A stretch of 64,000 nucleotides of DNA from Octopus bimaculoides (taxonomy: Eukaryota). Under the pieces are notes generated by a model. It was not told the DNA's origin. It did no database searches and was given only the letters and a program-made list of their open reading frames with translations. This document shows positions 1-11,520 of this stretch, in pieces. How positions within the stretch are numbered: the stretch's first letter is position 1; each line of letters opens with the position of its first letter. The stretch spans positions 20,463,143-20,527,142 of the forward strand of contig NC_068995.1 in NCBI RefSeq assembly GCF_001194135.2. Direction: 5' to 3'. The translations under genes and the position numbers were made by a program.

Positions 1-465
1 ATATATACACACACATATATATATATATATATATGTGTGTGTGTTTATATATGTATATACATATATATATATGGTCGTTTGCGTACGTGTTTATGTATAT
101 ATGTATGTATGCATCAGTGTAGGTATCAATATATATCTATCTCACTCTGTTTATATACCTAAATACACCCACACACACATACACATTCACGTGTGCGCCA
201 GTGTTCGTAAAATGTGTATTGTTTATTGAATTGTTTCAAGAAATATTGTTTCGTGCATATATCCCAAACATTCCGGATAGCGTATATATACACGGACAAG
301 TGTATGTGTGTGTGTGAGCGTTTATGAATGCATGTGTGTGTGTGTGTGTGTGTGTTTGTGCTCTATCCCTGTAAGTACATCCCAGTAATACACATATACC
401 TATACACGGATACATGTATATGTGTGTATGTATGTGTGCGTGTTGGTGTGTTTGTGTACATGCTC

Positions 466-496
<31 letters not shown>

Positions 497-522
497 TGTA
501 TGTATATATGTGTGCACGTATG

Positions 523-554
<32 letters not shown>

Positions 555-664
555 CACCACCACACACACAAGCACATATATGCATTATATAAGTATATAT
601 ATATATATACTAGCTAGCTATCATGCCTCTTATATTGAGAGATAGATGGATATACATATGTATG

Positions 665-701
<37 letters not shown>

Positions 702-3486
702 NNNNNNNNNNNNNNNNNNNNNNNNNNNNNNNNNNNNNNNNNNNNNNNNNNNNNNNNNNNNNNNNNNNNNNNNNNNNNNNNNNNNNNNNNNNNNNNNNNN
801 NNNNNNNNNNNNNNNNNNNNNNNNNNNNNNNNNNNNNNNNNNNNNNNNNNNNNNNNNNNNNNNNNNNNNNNNNNNNNNNNNNNNNNNNNNNNNNNNNNNN
901 NNNNNNNNNNNNNNNNNNNNNNNNNNNNNNNNNNNNNNNNNNNNNNNNNNNNNNNNNNNNNNNNNNNNNNNNNNNNNNNNNNNNNNNNNNNNNNNNNNNN
1001 NNNNNNNNNNNNNNNNNNNNNNNNNNNNNNNNNNNNNNNNNNNNNNNNNNNNNNNNNNNNNNNNNNNNNNNNNNNNNNNNNNNNNNNNNNNNNNNNNNNN
1101 NNAGACTGATAGACAGACAGACTGATAGATAGATAGATAGATAGATAGATTTCTTGTATTAGCCACACAGGGCTCAACAAAGATGGGACAAATACAATGT
1201 AGAGCTTTTCATTTTTGGAGGGGGAAGGAAAAAAATGTAGGATGGTGTCGATCAAAAGGGATTGTAGCAAGGAAAAAAGGGGCGAGTTCGATCAAAAGGG
1301 ATCGAAAAAGAAAAAAAAAGATAGATAGATAGATAGATAGATAGTGTGTAAGATCACACGTAGATAAACAGTCCGAAACACGGTCCAAAGCTGAAGAATG
1401 AAGATTGAAAAGTATTTCATACTTGGAAGTGTTGTTTACATAAATGCACGCCCCCGTGTTTTAGCATGCGATGGCACATCATATCCTATACCACACACAC
1501 ACACACGTATGTGTATATAAATGCATATGCACATATGTGTGTATGTATATATATATATATTATATTATATATTTTATATTTATATATAATGCATATGATA
1601 TATGTGTATATACATACACGCACACGTGCACGCACTCACACACACACGCATAGTTACACATACCCTCATATGTAAAAGTATATATATTCTTTTATTCGTT
1701 TCAGTCGAATAAATCGACCGTAAGCCCAGTACTCATCCTATCGGCCTATTTTGCTGAACCGCTACGTTACGGGATGTAAACACACTTGCATCGGTCGTTA
1801 AGCGATGGTGGGGGCGGTGGACAAACACAGACATAAAAAACATACACACATATATACACACGCACACATATATATATACAACGGGCTTCTTTCAGTTTCC
1901 GTCTACCAAATCTACTCACAAGTCTTTGGTCGGCCCGAGGCTATAGTAGAAGACACTTACCCAGGGTGCCACGCAGTGGGACTGGACTCGGAACCATGTG
2001 GTTGGTAAGCAAGCTATTTACCACACAGCCACTCCTGCGCCTTTATATATATATATATATCCCTCCATCCATACCTGCATAAAAATTATATATATATATA
2101 TATATATNNNNNNNNNNNNNNNNNNNNNNNNNNNNNNNNNNNNNNNNNNNNNNNNNNNNNNNNNNNNNNNNNNNNNNNNNNNNNNNNNNNNNNNNNNNNN
2201 NNNNNNATACATATATTTATACTCCCAGACATACAGACATTTATACCGGACGTTATTTTACCACAGACATTCACACCCCACCGAAAGACACAAAATAAAA
2301 ATAAAACAAAATGATGGCATTGTAAATAATATAGTTGTGTAAGTTTTCCTGTTTTATTGTGTAATATTTGTGTGTGCATCTGTGCATTTGATGTGTTTTA
2401 TATGTATGTGTATGTATGAATGAAAACAGCCCTGTGTAGTGTCTTTTATGATGCTGCATGCGTTAACGTAAATACTTTTACGTATAGTAACAGGGAAGGG
2501 ACTTCTGGACGGGCATCGGTACGGAGAGCAATTCCAGTACGCCCATCCTTGGTATTAATATATGTCAACACACTTCCGAAGACACTCATACGCACATACA
2601 CACATATATGTCCATGCATAGTGATATATGTCCCCCCCACACACACACATATATATATACACACACAAACACATACACACGTGCGTATGTATGTATTTAT
2701 ATGCCTAACTGTCCCAATTGTACGTAAGCATATAAATATTATCACATTAAATTATTATTCTTTGTTATGTACATATCCTTGTGTGTGTTTCAGTGCATGT
2801 ATATACACACATACATACATACATAATGCATACATACATACATACATGTATATCCCTCGCTTTTATTTTCTCCGTCTCACTCCGTTTCTCTCACCCTTTC
2901 TCTGTATGTGTGTGTATATATATCTATATATATATATCTGTATGTGTGTGTGTGTATATATATAAATATATATATCATAGAGAGAATCTATCTATCTATC
3001 TATCTATCTATCTATGGAGCTATTTATCACTCAAGCTGTACACGTACACACACACACATACAAAACTCATACATACACATAAATAAATAAATATGTACAA
3101 ATTATCCGCATACGTACATCTATAATAGACATACAAACATGGTGATATATGTGAGTGTATGTGTACATATACACATATATATATATATATATAAATATAT
3201 ATATATATGTGTATATATATGTATGCATGTGTGTGTGTGTATGTATGTATCTATACATGTGTATGTGTGTACAGATACATCTCAAACCTCACACACACTA
3301 AGACACAAGTACGTATGAATGGGCAAGTCATTTATTACTTACGCACGCACACGCACATACAATTACCCTAAATAGCAATTATGAATGGGAACGTGGACCT
3401 AAGAAGGATTACTACACACACACACACACAGACACATTCTGGCTCGCACACCCACACACTTTTACACTCAGGCGCGCGAGCACAAG

Positions 3487-3521
<35 letters not shown>

Positions 3522-3970
3522 TCCAACACACGCTTGCATACACAAGCACAGAACAAATCGATAGACGGAGAAGGAAGTAAGGGGTTTAAGGACACGAAAA
3601 TATAAACAAATATACGCATATATATNNNNNNNNNNNNNNNNNNNNNNNNNNNNNNNNNNNNNNNNNNNNNNNNNNNNNNNNNNNNNNNNNNNNNNNNNNN
3701 NNNNNNNNNNNNNNNNNNNNNNNNNNNNNNNNNNNNNNNNNNNNNNNNNNNNNNNNNNNNNNNNNNNNNNNNNNNNNNNNNNNNNNNNNNNNNNNNNNNN
3801 NNNNNNNNNNNNNNNNNNNNNNNNNNNNNNNNNNNNNNNNTATATATCGAAATGCCTGTACGGATGTGAAAGTCGATCAATTTAGGACACACACACACAC
3901 ACATACCCAGACAACATGCTCCCATTTTAAAGAAATAGGGTGCATTCTTCAGTTCTTTTATTCTGTATTA

Positions 3971-4029
<59 letters not shown>

Positions 4030-4336
4030 GTTGTTGTTGTTATTATCTCCTGGGAAAAATGATTGGAAGCTCTACATCTCCTCCAAAGTGACATGTTCAA
4101 GCGTTCCATCACTCACACACGCACTGACACACAGACACAACAATGCATGATGTAAATATTGACTATTTTAATCGTCTTTCCCAAAAGCATGCACGTCGGA
4201 TAAAAGCATGCATTTGTATAACGTATAGACATACATACATACATACATACATACATACATACATACATACATAAATACATACATGCATACATACATGTAT
4301 GTATATATATATATACGTATATATACACACACATAT

Positions 4337-4387
<51 letters not shown>

Positions 4388-4448
4388 TGTATCTATATAT
4401 NNNNNNNNNNNNNNNNNNNNNNNNNNNNNNNNNNNNNNNNNNNNNNNN

Positions 4449-4492
<44 letters not shown>

Positions 4493-5202
4493 TGTATGTA
4501 TATGCATATACATAGTATACATACACATACATATGTGCACATCGTCATATATGAGTTGAAATGAATTTAGCAATGTGTGATGCATTCGCCTGGTATGTAT
4601 ATATATATATATATATATATATNNNNNNNNNNNNNNNNNNNNNNNNNNNNNNNNNNNNNNNNNNNNNNNNNNNNNNNNNNNNNNNNNNNNNNNNNNNNNN
4701 NNNNNNNNNNNNNNNNNNNNNNNNNNNNNNNNNNNNNNNNNNNNNNNNNNNNNNNNNNNNNNNNNNNNNNNNNNNNNNNNNNNNNNNNNNNNNNNNNNNN
4801 NNNNNNNNNNNNNNNNNNNNNNNNNNNNNNNNNNNNNNNNNNNNNNNNNNNNNNNNNNNNNNNNNNNNNNNNNNNNNNNNNNNNNNNNNNNNNNNNNNNN
4901 NNNNNNNNNNNNNNNNNNNNNNNNNNNNNNNNNNNNNNNNNNNNNNNNNNNNNNNNNNNNNNNNNNNNNNNNNNNNNNNNNNNNNNNNNNNNNNNNNNNN
5001 NNNNNNNNNNNNNNNNNNNNNNNNNNNNNNNNNNNNNNNNNNNNNNNNNNNNNNNNNNNNNNNNNNNNNNNNNNNNNNNNNNNNNNNNNNNNNNNNNNNN
5101 NNNNNNNNNNNNNNNNNNNNNNNNNNNNNNNNNNNNNNNNNNNNNNNNNNNNNNNNNNNNNNNNNNNNNNNNNNNNNNNNNNNNNNNNNNNNNNNNNNNN
5201 NN

Positions 5203-5250
<48 letters not shown>

Positions 5251-5800
5251 GCACACACATACACACACACACATTACAGTCGCGAGGAGAGACCGAGAGA
5301 TAAATATTTGAGACACAATCACTCATTTTGTCTTTCAATCAGTTTTCTGTCGCTAGTAATTTTCTTTTTCTTTAACTTATAAGAATGCATGTACATATAG
5401 ATAAGTGTGTGTGTGTGTGTGTGTGTGTGTGATACATATATATAAATATATATAAATGAGCGTACCCACCCCTTTTCTTTTTCTTTTATTTCGTTTCTTT
5501 TCTCTGTTTTGTTTTTCATTACTCTCCGTCTTTCACACCTTCTCTTACTTTCTAATACGTATTTATCTCCCTTTCGCTTGCATATGTAGTTATACGTCTC
5601 TATATATGTGTGCGTGTGTCTGTACATATATATATGTGTGTGTGTATATAATTATGTGAGTTTTTGTGTCTGTGCGTGTGTATATATGTTATGCATTTAT
5701 ATGCTTATATACATGTTTGTATGTATATATATTTGAATACATGTGTATATATATATATATATGTATGTGAGAGTTCTTTTATTACTGTTTCTCTTTGCAC
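1..5800. repeat. Dense compound microsatellite / low-complexity region: (TA)n, (CA)n, (TACA)n, (GATA)n, (ATT)n, (TC)n, with five N gaps
   Basis: Seen directly, e.g. (GATA)n ~1125-1150 and ~1320-1345, (ATT)n ~3972-4028, (TACA)n ~4228-4290, (TC)n 5203-5250. Gaps at 702-1102, 2108-2206, 3626-3840, 4401-4448, 4623-5202. Confidence 0.97.
1686..2041 (-). mobile_element. tRNA-derived SINE, type A1 (CORE-like centre), near full length, CpGs retained
   Basis: Minus strand begins GGCGCAGGAGTGGCTGTGTGG (A-box-like), has a B-box-like segment and CACCCTGGGTAAGTGTCTT (CORE-like). Aligns by eye to the copies at 42012, 45310, 47826, 51662 and 54211. Confidence 0.85.
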
Positions 5801-5859
5801 CCCCTCGTATTGTCTCTCTTACTCTGTCTTCCTCTCTTTTACCTCCTCCTTCTATTTTC

Positions 5860-6060
5860 GAAACCACGCCTTTTCTCGTGTGTCACGTGCTAACAGAGAA
5901 CCAACCAGAGACGCTACCAGTGGGAGCCATCATTTTGCTACACTCGCTTACAGCTCCGACATGATGACGTCAGACATTGGCCATAATTGCTTTTGTGCAG
6001 TGCGCCTGGTCGGTGCTCCTTAGTCGGATTTCGATGCCGCGCCGAAGGCAGCTGTGTGGC
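5860..6060 (+). promoter_or_regulatory. CpG-rich putative MEX3 promoter
   Basis: About 15 CpG in ~200 nt within otherwise microsatellite DNA. E-box CACGTG 5884-5889, palindromic CRE TGACGTCA 5965-5972, reverse CCAAT box (ATTGG) 5976-5980, Inr-like TTAGTC 6020-6025. The TSS position is inference. Confidence 0.5.
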
Positions 6061-7905
6061 TTTTGTTGTTGTTGGTGTGTTGAGAGGAGAAGGAGTTAGA
6101 ATTTTCAAAAGAAACGGTAAACAGAACCTAACACACACACACAAAAAAGAAGCGGGTGATATATATATTACATTATATATATATATTATACATATATGTA
6201 TATTTATATATATTTATACCGACCTAAAAAAAGAAAATAACAAAAAGAAATCCCAACACAAAACATAACAACAACAACCACAACAGAAACGAAGCCAAAA
6301 GGACGATATCAAAGAAAGAAAAGAAAATAGTAAAACTCGTTTATAACCAACAGAAGCAGCAGCAACTACACAGGAATAATAATATATATATATATTATAT
6401 ATATAATATATTATATATTAGAGATAATGTAGATATACCTCGAACAAGAACAGTTACTACTACAATTACAAACACAACAAACAAAGGCTAAAGAAAAGAG
6501 AAAAAAATACAAGGGAAAAAAATTCTACCACACCTCGAATGAGCGCTGAAATAAATACAACCAGTACTAGTCTGTTGCTACTACTATTGCTACAACTACA
6601 ACTAGTGCTAATACCAAGCGTCTACCAAACGAGAAGGATTCTATTACTCTTTGCAAATACACACATTCAACGTTTGTAACGCTAACATTGAAGACGCGCG
6701 CACACAACACTGCATGCTACGGCCTAAGCCTCCGCACCCACTTATATAAATATATATATACAATTTATATATATATATATATATATATCAGATATATATA
6801 TATTATATATTATATATATATATAGATATTTATATATTTATATACACACCGTAGTTGCTTCTTGTGTGTCTTTGAATGAATTCCGGTCTTTTACAACTCC
6901 CTTGTATGTAGACGGAAGAATATTTAGTGGGGACTAGTATTTTTCACCGCGGCTTTCTACAATCCCTTGTCTGTATACATTCGAACTCACAAACACATCT
7001 TGACATCTACACAAATTTATATATATATATAATATATATATATATAAATTCACATTAGCAGGAAAAAGAAATTGCTTTCGCCACCAATATTATATCCATA
7101 TAAAGCTTAGTGGCTACTTCTCATGCATTGTACGCTCACCAATATCTATCTAGGTATATTTCATACAGAATCTTATCTATCAAAATAATAATTATATATA
7201 TATATGTACATAAAAATTAATTTCTTCCTTATATTTTTGGCAGATATTTATATCTATAGAAAAGGAAATACATATCTTAGCTCTTAACTTATCTATACCA
7301 CATATAAAGTGATAACATTTTCTGTGTAAAGAGAATATATATACAATACATATATATAAATACACGTGTATATATGTATATATTGAAGCAGGCAAACCAC
7401 GTATTTTGCCTTGCACACTATAAAATTAGAGATTGTTTTTTTTTCCTTTCACTTTTGTTTTGGTTTGTCAATTGTTTTCGCAACTGTTTCTTTCTTACCC
7501 AAAAGAAATTTATAAAGTATTAATAATACATATATATATATATATATTCAGATATATGTATACTTCGGTGTGTCGGCGTGATAGGATAGTTCACACCTTT
7601 TCCTATAAAGAGAAAAAAAAAACCCTCCAAAAGTAGAACTGAGTAAGTTATAAATGCGAAGTTGGTCATTAAGTGTCCTTCTTCACTTTTAAGTGGTAGC
7701 ATTTCCAGGCTTCTACAAAAAAAACAAAACCAAAAAACAGGAAAAAAAAAACAATCTAAAAGAATCCCTCTTAATTGCTGCTGCCCGTGTTTCTTTCACC
7801 TTTCTACCCACCCGTCCTTTATGTATGTGAGAGTACGTGTGTACAAATATATATATATTATAGAATAGTTAACGTGTAAATATATATATATAAATATTAT
7901 TTAGG

Positions 7906-8221
7906 TACTAATGTATACAAATTGCATTAAAATCACATATTTTTGTTTCTGTTTTTCTCCCTTATCTTGCCTTCTGATCTCCACAGTCTGAAAGAAAATC
8001 AAAAGAAAAAAAAACACAAAAACAACCCCCACCAAAACACAGCTTTAACACTTCCCTCAAGTCTTTGTTCTCTCCACTATCCCCCCTACACTTAGCCCTA
8101 CTCCTCTCTAAAGAGGGACAAAAAAAAATAATAAAAAGATATAGCAAATATATAATTTAAAAGCTTTTTTATACATAAATATATATTCTTCGCCTGTCTC
8201 GCTCACTCCACTGCATTTGTG
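7906..8221 (+). other. MEX3: 5'-UTR splice acceptor (AG at 7985-7986) and ATG-free 235-nt 5'-UTR portion of the first coding exon
   Basis: TACTAAT branchpoint-like motif 7906-7912, then an AG-free stretch with a long pyrimidine tract (ttttgtttctgtttttctcccttatcttgccttctgatctccacAG). No ATG between 7987 and 8221. Confidence 0.6.
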
Positions 8222-8489
8222 ATGCCTGCAAGTTTCCTCAGTACCGACATGAATGGTAATAGCGGCGGTCTGGAAGACCACCGTGCTATGCAGTTGGCCC
8301 TGGAGTTGACAATGCTCGCTGGATTACATACAGATGAAGATACAACCACCACGACCAGTACTAGCAATGGACTTCCGAATGCTCCTCAAACTTTTGACGA
8401 GTCTGCTCCACGCAAACGCAGCGCCAACATGACGGAATGTGTGCCAGTTCCCAGTTCGGAACACGTTGCTGAAATTGTTGGCCGACAAG
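8222..8489 (+). CDS. MEX3: First coding exon (partial CDS, 89 codons + 1 nt) of a MEX3-family RNA-binding protein (KH-KH-RING type)
   Basis: Translates [35 protein letters not shown]...[28 protein letters not shown]. The N-terminal (D/E)xxRAxQLALxx motif and the start of KH1 ([22 protein letters not shown]) are hallmark MEX3 sequence. It ends at a perfect donor CAAG|GTAAGT (intron starts 8490, phase 1). The track's 8219 start is a GTG; the first ATG is 8222 and a second in-frame ATG is at 8249. Confidence 0.96.
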
Positions 8490-9241
8490 GTAAGTTTTTC
8501 AGTATAGAAGAAATACTTCTATTTAACAAAAAAAAAAAAAAAATGAAATACAATAAAACTAAGCTCTGCGAATCGCTTCCAATATTCCTTCGCTGATATG
8601 TAATTCTAAGAGTGCCAATATTTGTTTAGTTTAGAGGTATTTTATGAATTAAATATACTAAATTTTTTCTTGAATCCCTATTTTCAAATCTTTGCTCGAA
8701 ATTGCTTTTGATCTTTGCTGTATTTACTCTTGGTGTGACCCCGAGCTATCTATAACGCCTGGAGACTCTACTGCTAAATAGTTACACCAGAGAGAAGTCT
8801 CACAAATTGAAAACCTGCATTTTAATCTTGAAACTCCTAATATTGATGCTTATTTAACTTGTCCTAAATCTTCAGCGGTATTAAAATCTCTTTAAACACC
8901 CCGTTGACAGTGTGGATATATTTGTACACATGCATTTTGTAGTAATGGCATTTCTTTATTCGTTGAAGCTTAATTTCAATTCACTAAGGCATACTCTATA
9001 CACACACTCATCGATAATGAAATCTTGCGCCTTATTTTGTAGTTAGGAAAAACAAAATTAATGTTTCAAGGAAATTGTCTCCTTTGTAAACGTAAAATAA
9101 CCTAGGTTTCTGATAAAAGTTGTACGTCGTTTTTACTATCATCAAGTATACTCCACTAGTGGAAATCTGTATTAAGCTACAAGGCAAAAATCGATTTGTG
9201 TAAATATTGTCATTCATCATAGAATTGGCGCCCCCCCCCCC

Positions 9242-9457
9242 NNNNNNNNNNNNNNNNNNNNNNNNNNNNNNNNNNNNNNNNNNNNNNNNNNNNNNNNNNN
9301 NNNNNNNNNNNNNNNNNNNNNNNNNNNNNNNNNNNNNNNNNNNNNNNNNNNNNNNNNNNNNNNNNNNNNNNNNNNNNNNNNNNNNNNNNNNNNNNNNNNN
9401 NNNNNNNNNNNNNNNNNNNNNNNNNNNNNNNNNNNNNNNNNNNNNNNNNNNNNNNNN
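9242..9457. other. Assembly gap flanked by poly-C and poly-T
   Basis: Run of N. Other intronic gaps are at 14148-14200, 21132-21210 and 61801-62079. Confidence 0.99.
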
Positions 9458-11484
9458 TTTTTTTTTTTTTTTTTTTTTTTTTTACTCTTTCTTTTCTGTA
9501 GGCTGATGACTAAGTTCATGTAAGTTAGACAGGCAGAGCTAAAAACTGCCTCGATGATGTGAGTAATTAGAAACTACACACATTCTACTAGCAATGCATT
9601 CACCAACAGTAGTACTTAAGATATCTCTCTAGGCCATGTTGGATAAGCAAGAAAGCTTTATAGATTTATACTACATATTCTCTCTTTCGAGTGTTGGTCC
9701 TCGATAAACTGACATGGCGAGGGTGGTTTTATATATATATATATATATATATGATTCTGTGTGTGTAATTTATGGAGAGTTTTATTTTTAGGTTAGTGCT
9801 CATATATTGTTTATTTGTATTATCTCGGTTAATTACACTCGCATACAAAAGAAAATTGCTATCAGTTGTTGTGTTGCTATCTCTTCTATTTTCTCCTCTG
9901 TGTGTGTGTATAACATACACCCTCGCAGTGTGTGTCTGTATATGTATATACACACACACACACCCCTTCTAGGCACTCTATTACTCCATTCTTGTGGAAT
10001 TCCTATTACATAGCTATTATCTCGCCTTTTTTCTAATGGCTTACTCATTCCGTTAGTCTTCGCACAGAAGTCTTAAATTTCATTTCATTTCGTTATTTAT
10101 TTTCCTTGTTTCTTCAGTCATTCCTCCTATTATTTGTTTATTCTTTCAAAGCAAAATATTACATGTTTTAATGTGCATTAAACAGCTTTTTCTTGCTTCT
10201 ATTTCTCCTTTTAAAGCATAAATATAAAAGCAACCCCCAACTGTAAAGCTAGCAAGGCAAAGCCATTAGTACTAACATACTTTGGTTTTACTTGTCTTTT
10301 CGTATATTAATGCAATATAAATAGAATTTTGGCACTTCGTGTACCCAATAAGCTTAGGAACAGTAACAAAAATCGTTTACTCTTGTCAACTAAACTTATT
10401 TGTCATCTTTTGCTGTTTCTGTTGGGTCATGACCTATTATTATTGTTACTACTACTATTAGTATTCTTTCCTTACTATATATACACATCTATATACTGCA
10501 GCATCACGCCAATTTTCGTCTAACAAATTTTTGTTCTCTCTCTGAGCTTATATATATATATTAACTATTACTTTGTTTTGCTGTCTAGATATTGTACACT
10601 ATAATACTTCCAAACTATGTATATACATATATATATACTTCAAAGATTCTAGTGCCATTCGAAGCCATTTTCTTCTATGACTCATTTATACGTCTTTTAT
10701 TTTTTCCTCTCTGTCAAAAATTTTTTATGAACCAATTAAAATATCAAAAATAAAGAAAAAAAGGTTGTAGATAAGCATTATGCAGTTAGTTTTATAATCA
10801 TTTTGTGTAATTAATGTTATATAATCCTCGTTGCTTTGGGTTTTTTGTCTTACTATCTGCACGCCTTTGTTCTGACAACGTGTGTGCGTGTGTGCGCGCG
10901 TGTTCAGTGTATATAATTGTGTTTTTCTGTTATGAATTATAAAATTAATAGCTATTGTGTCGCAAGTCTACTTTTCGTTTTCGAAAGCTTAACTAATTAC
11001 AAATCAATAATTTGCTATAAGTGTGTGTGTGTGTGTGTGTGGATAACACACACATACTCACTCACACACACACACGCATTTAGTGATTAACAATAGAAAA
11101 ACTATAACTTTCTATTGTATTTCTATCCTCATGAGAGATAATGATATAAAAAGATTTTTTTTTAATTTAGTGCTGAATGTTTTGTAATTAGTATTAATAA
11201 TTCGCTATGAACTTGTTATATTAAATTACTAATACAAAGTTAGTGTTGTATGCACACATATACACTCAAGCTGACGCACATGCTGTGGATGAGTTAAACA
11301 TGATGGGTGGGGGTGATACTCCCCTCTTTGTTTAGTGATATCAACGTGTCGTATATACACCCTCATCGATTAATGTGTACTATACTGAAATATATACCCG
11401 CGTACGTCAGAACTTTTTATAAATGGCAACATTTTCTGTATAACGTATGTGCATATACGTATAGAATACATCTGTTAGCAAATG

Positions 11485-11520
<36 letters not shown>

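Noticed and set aside
1140-1310. Segment between GATA arrays with a 15-nt repeat (tcgatcaaaagggat at 1248 and 1288)
   Set aside because: Probably a fragment of a dispersed repeat, but there is no second copy in the window and I cannot classify it.
35-5964. Dozens of ORFs rich in YI/CV/HT/LS/RE dipeptides or X runs
   Set aside because: They are translations of (TA)n, (TG)n, (CA)n and (TC)n microsatellites and N gaps, with no domain-like sequence.
8490-8596. C-terminal part of the 125-aa ORF ([17 protein letters not shown]...)
   Set aside because: Intron read-through past a perfect GTAAGT donor; MEX3 similarity stops exactly at the donor.
9503-9535. CTGATGA hammerhead-core-like motif (others near 22.9, 38.3 and 55.4 kb and on the minus strand)
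   Set aside because: None is followed by a paired stem II plus GAAA with flanking stems.
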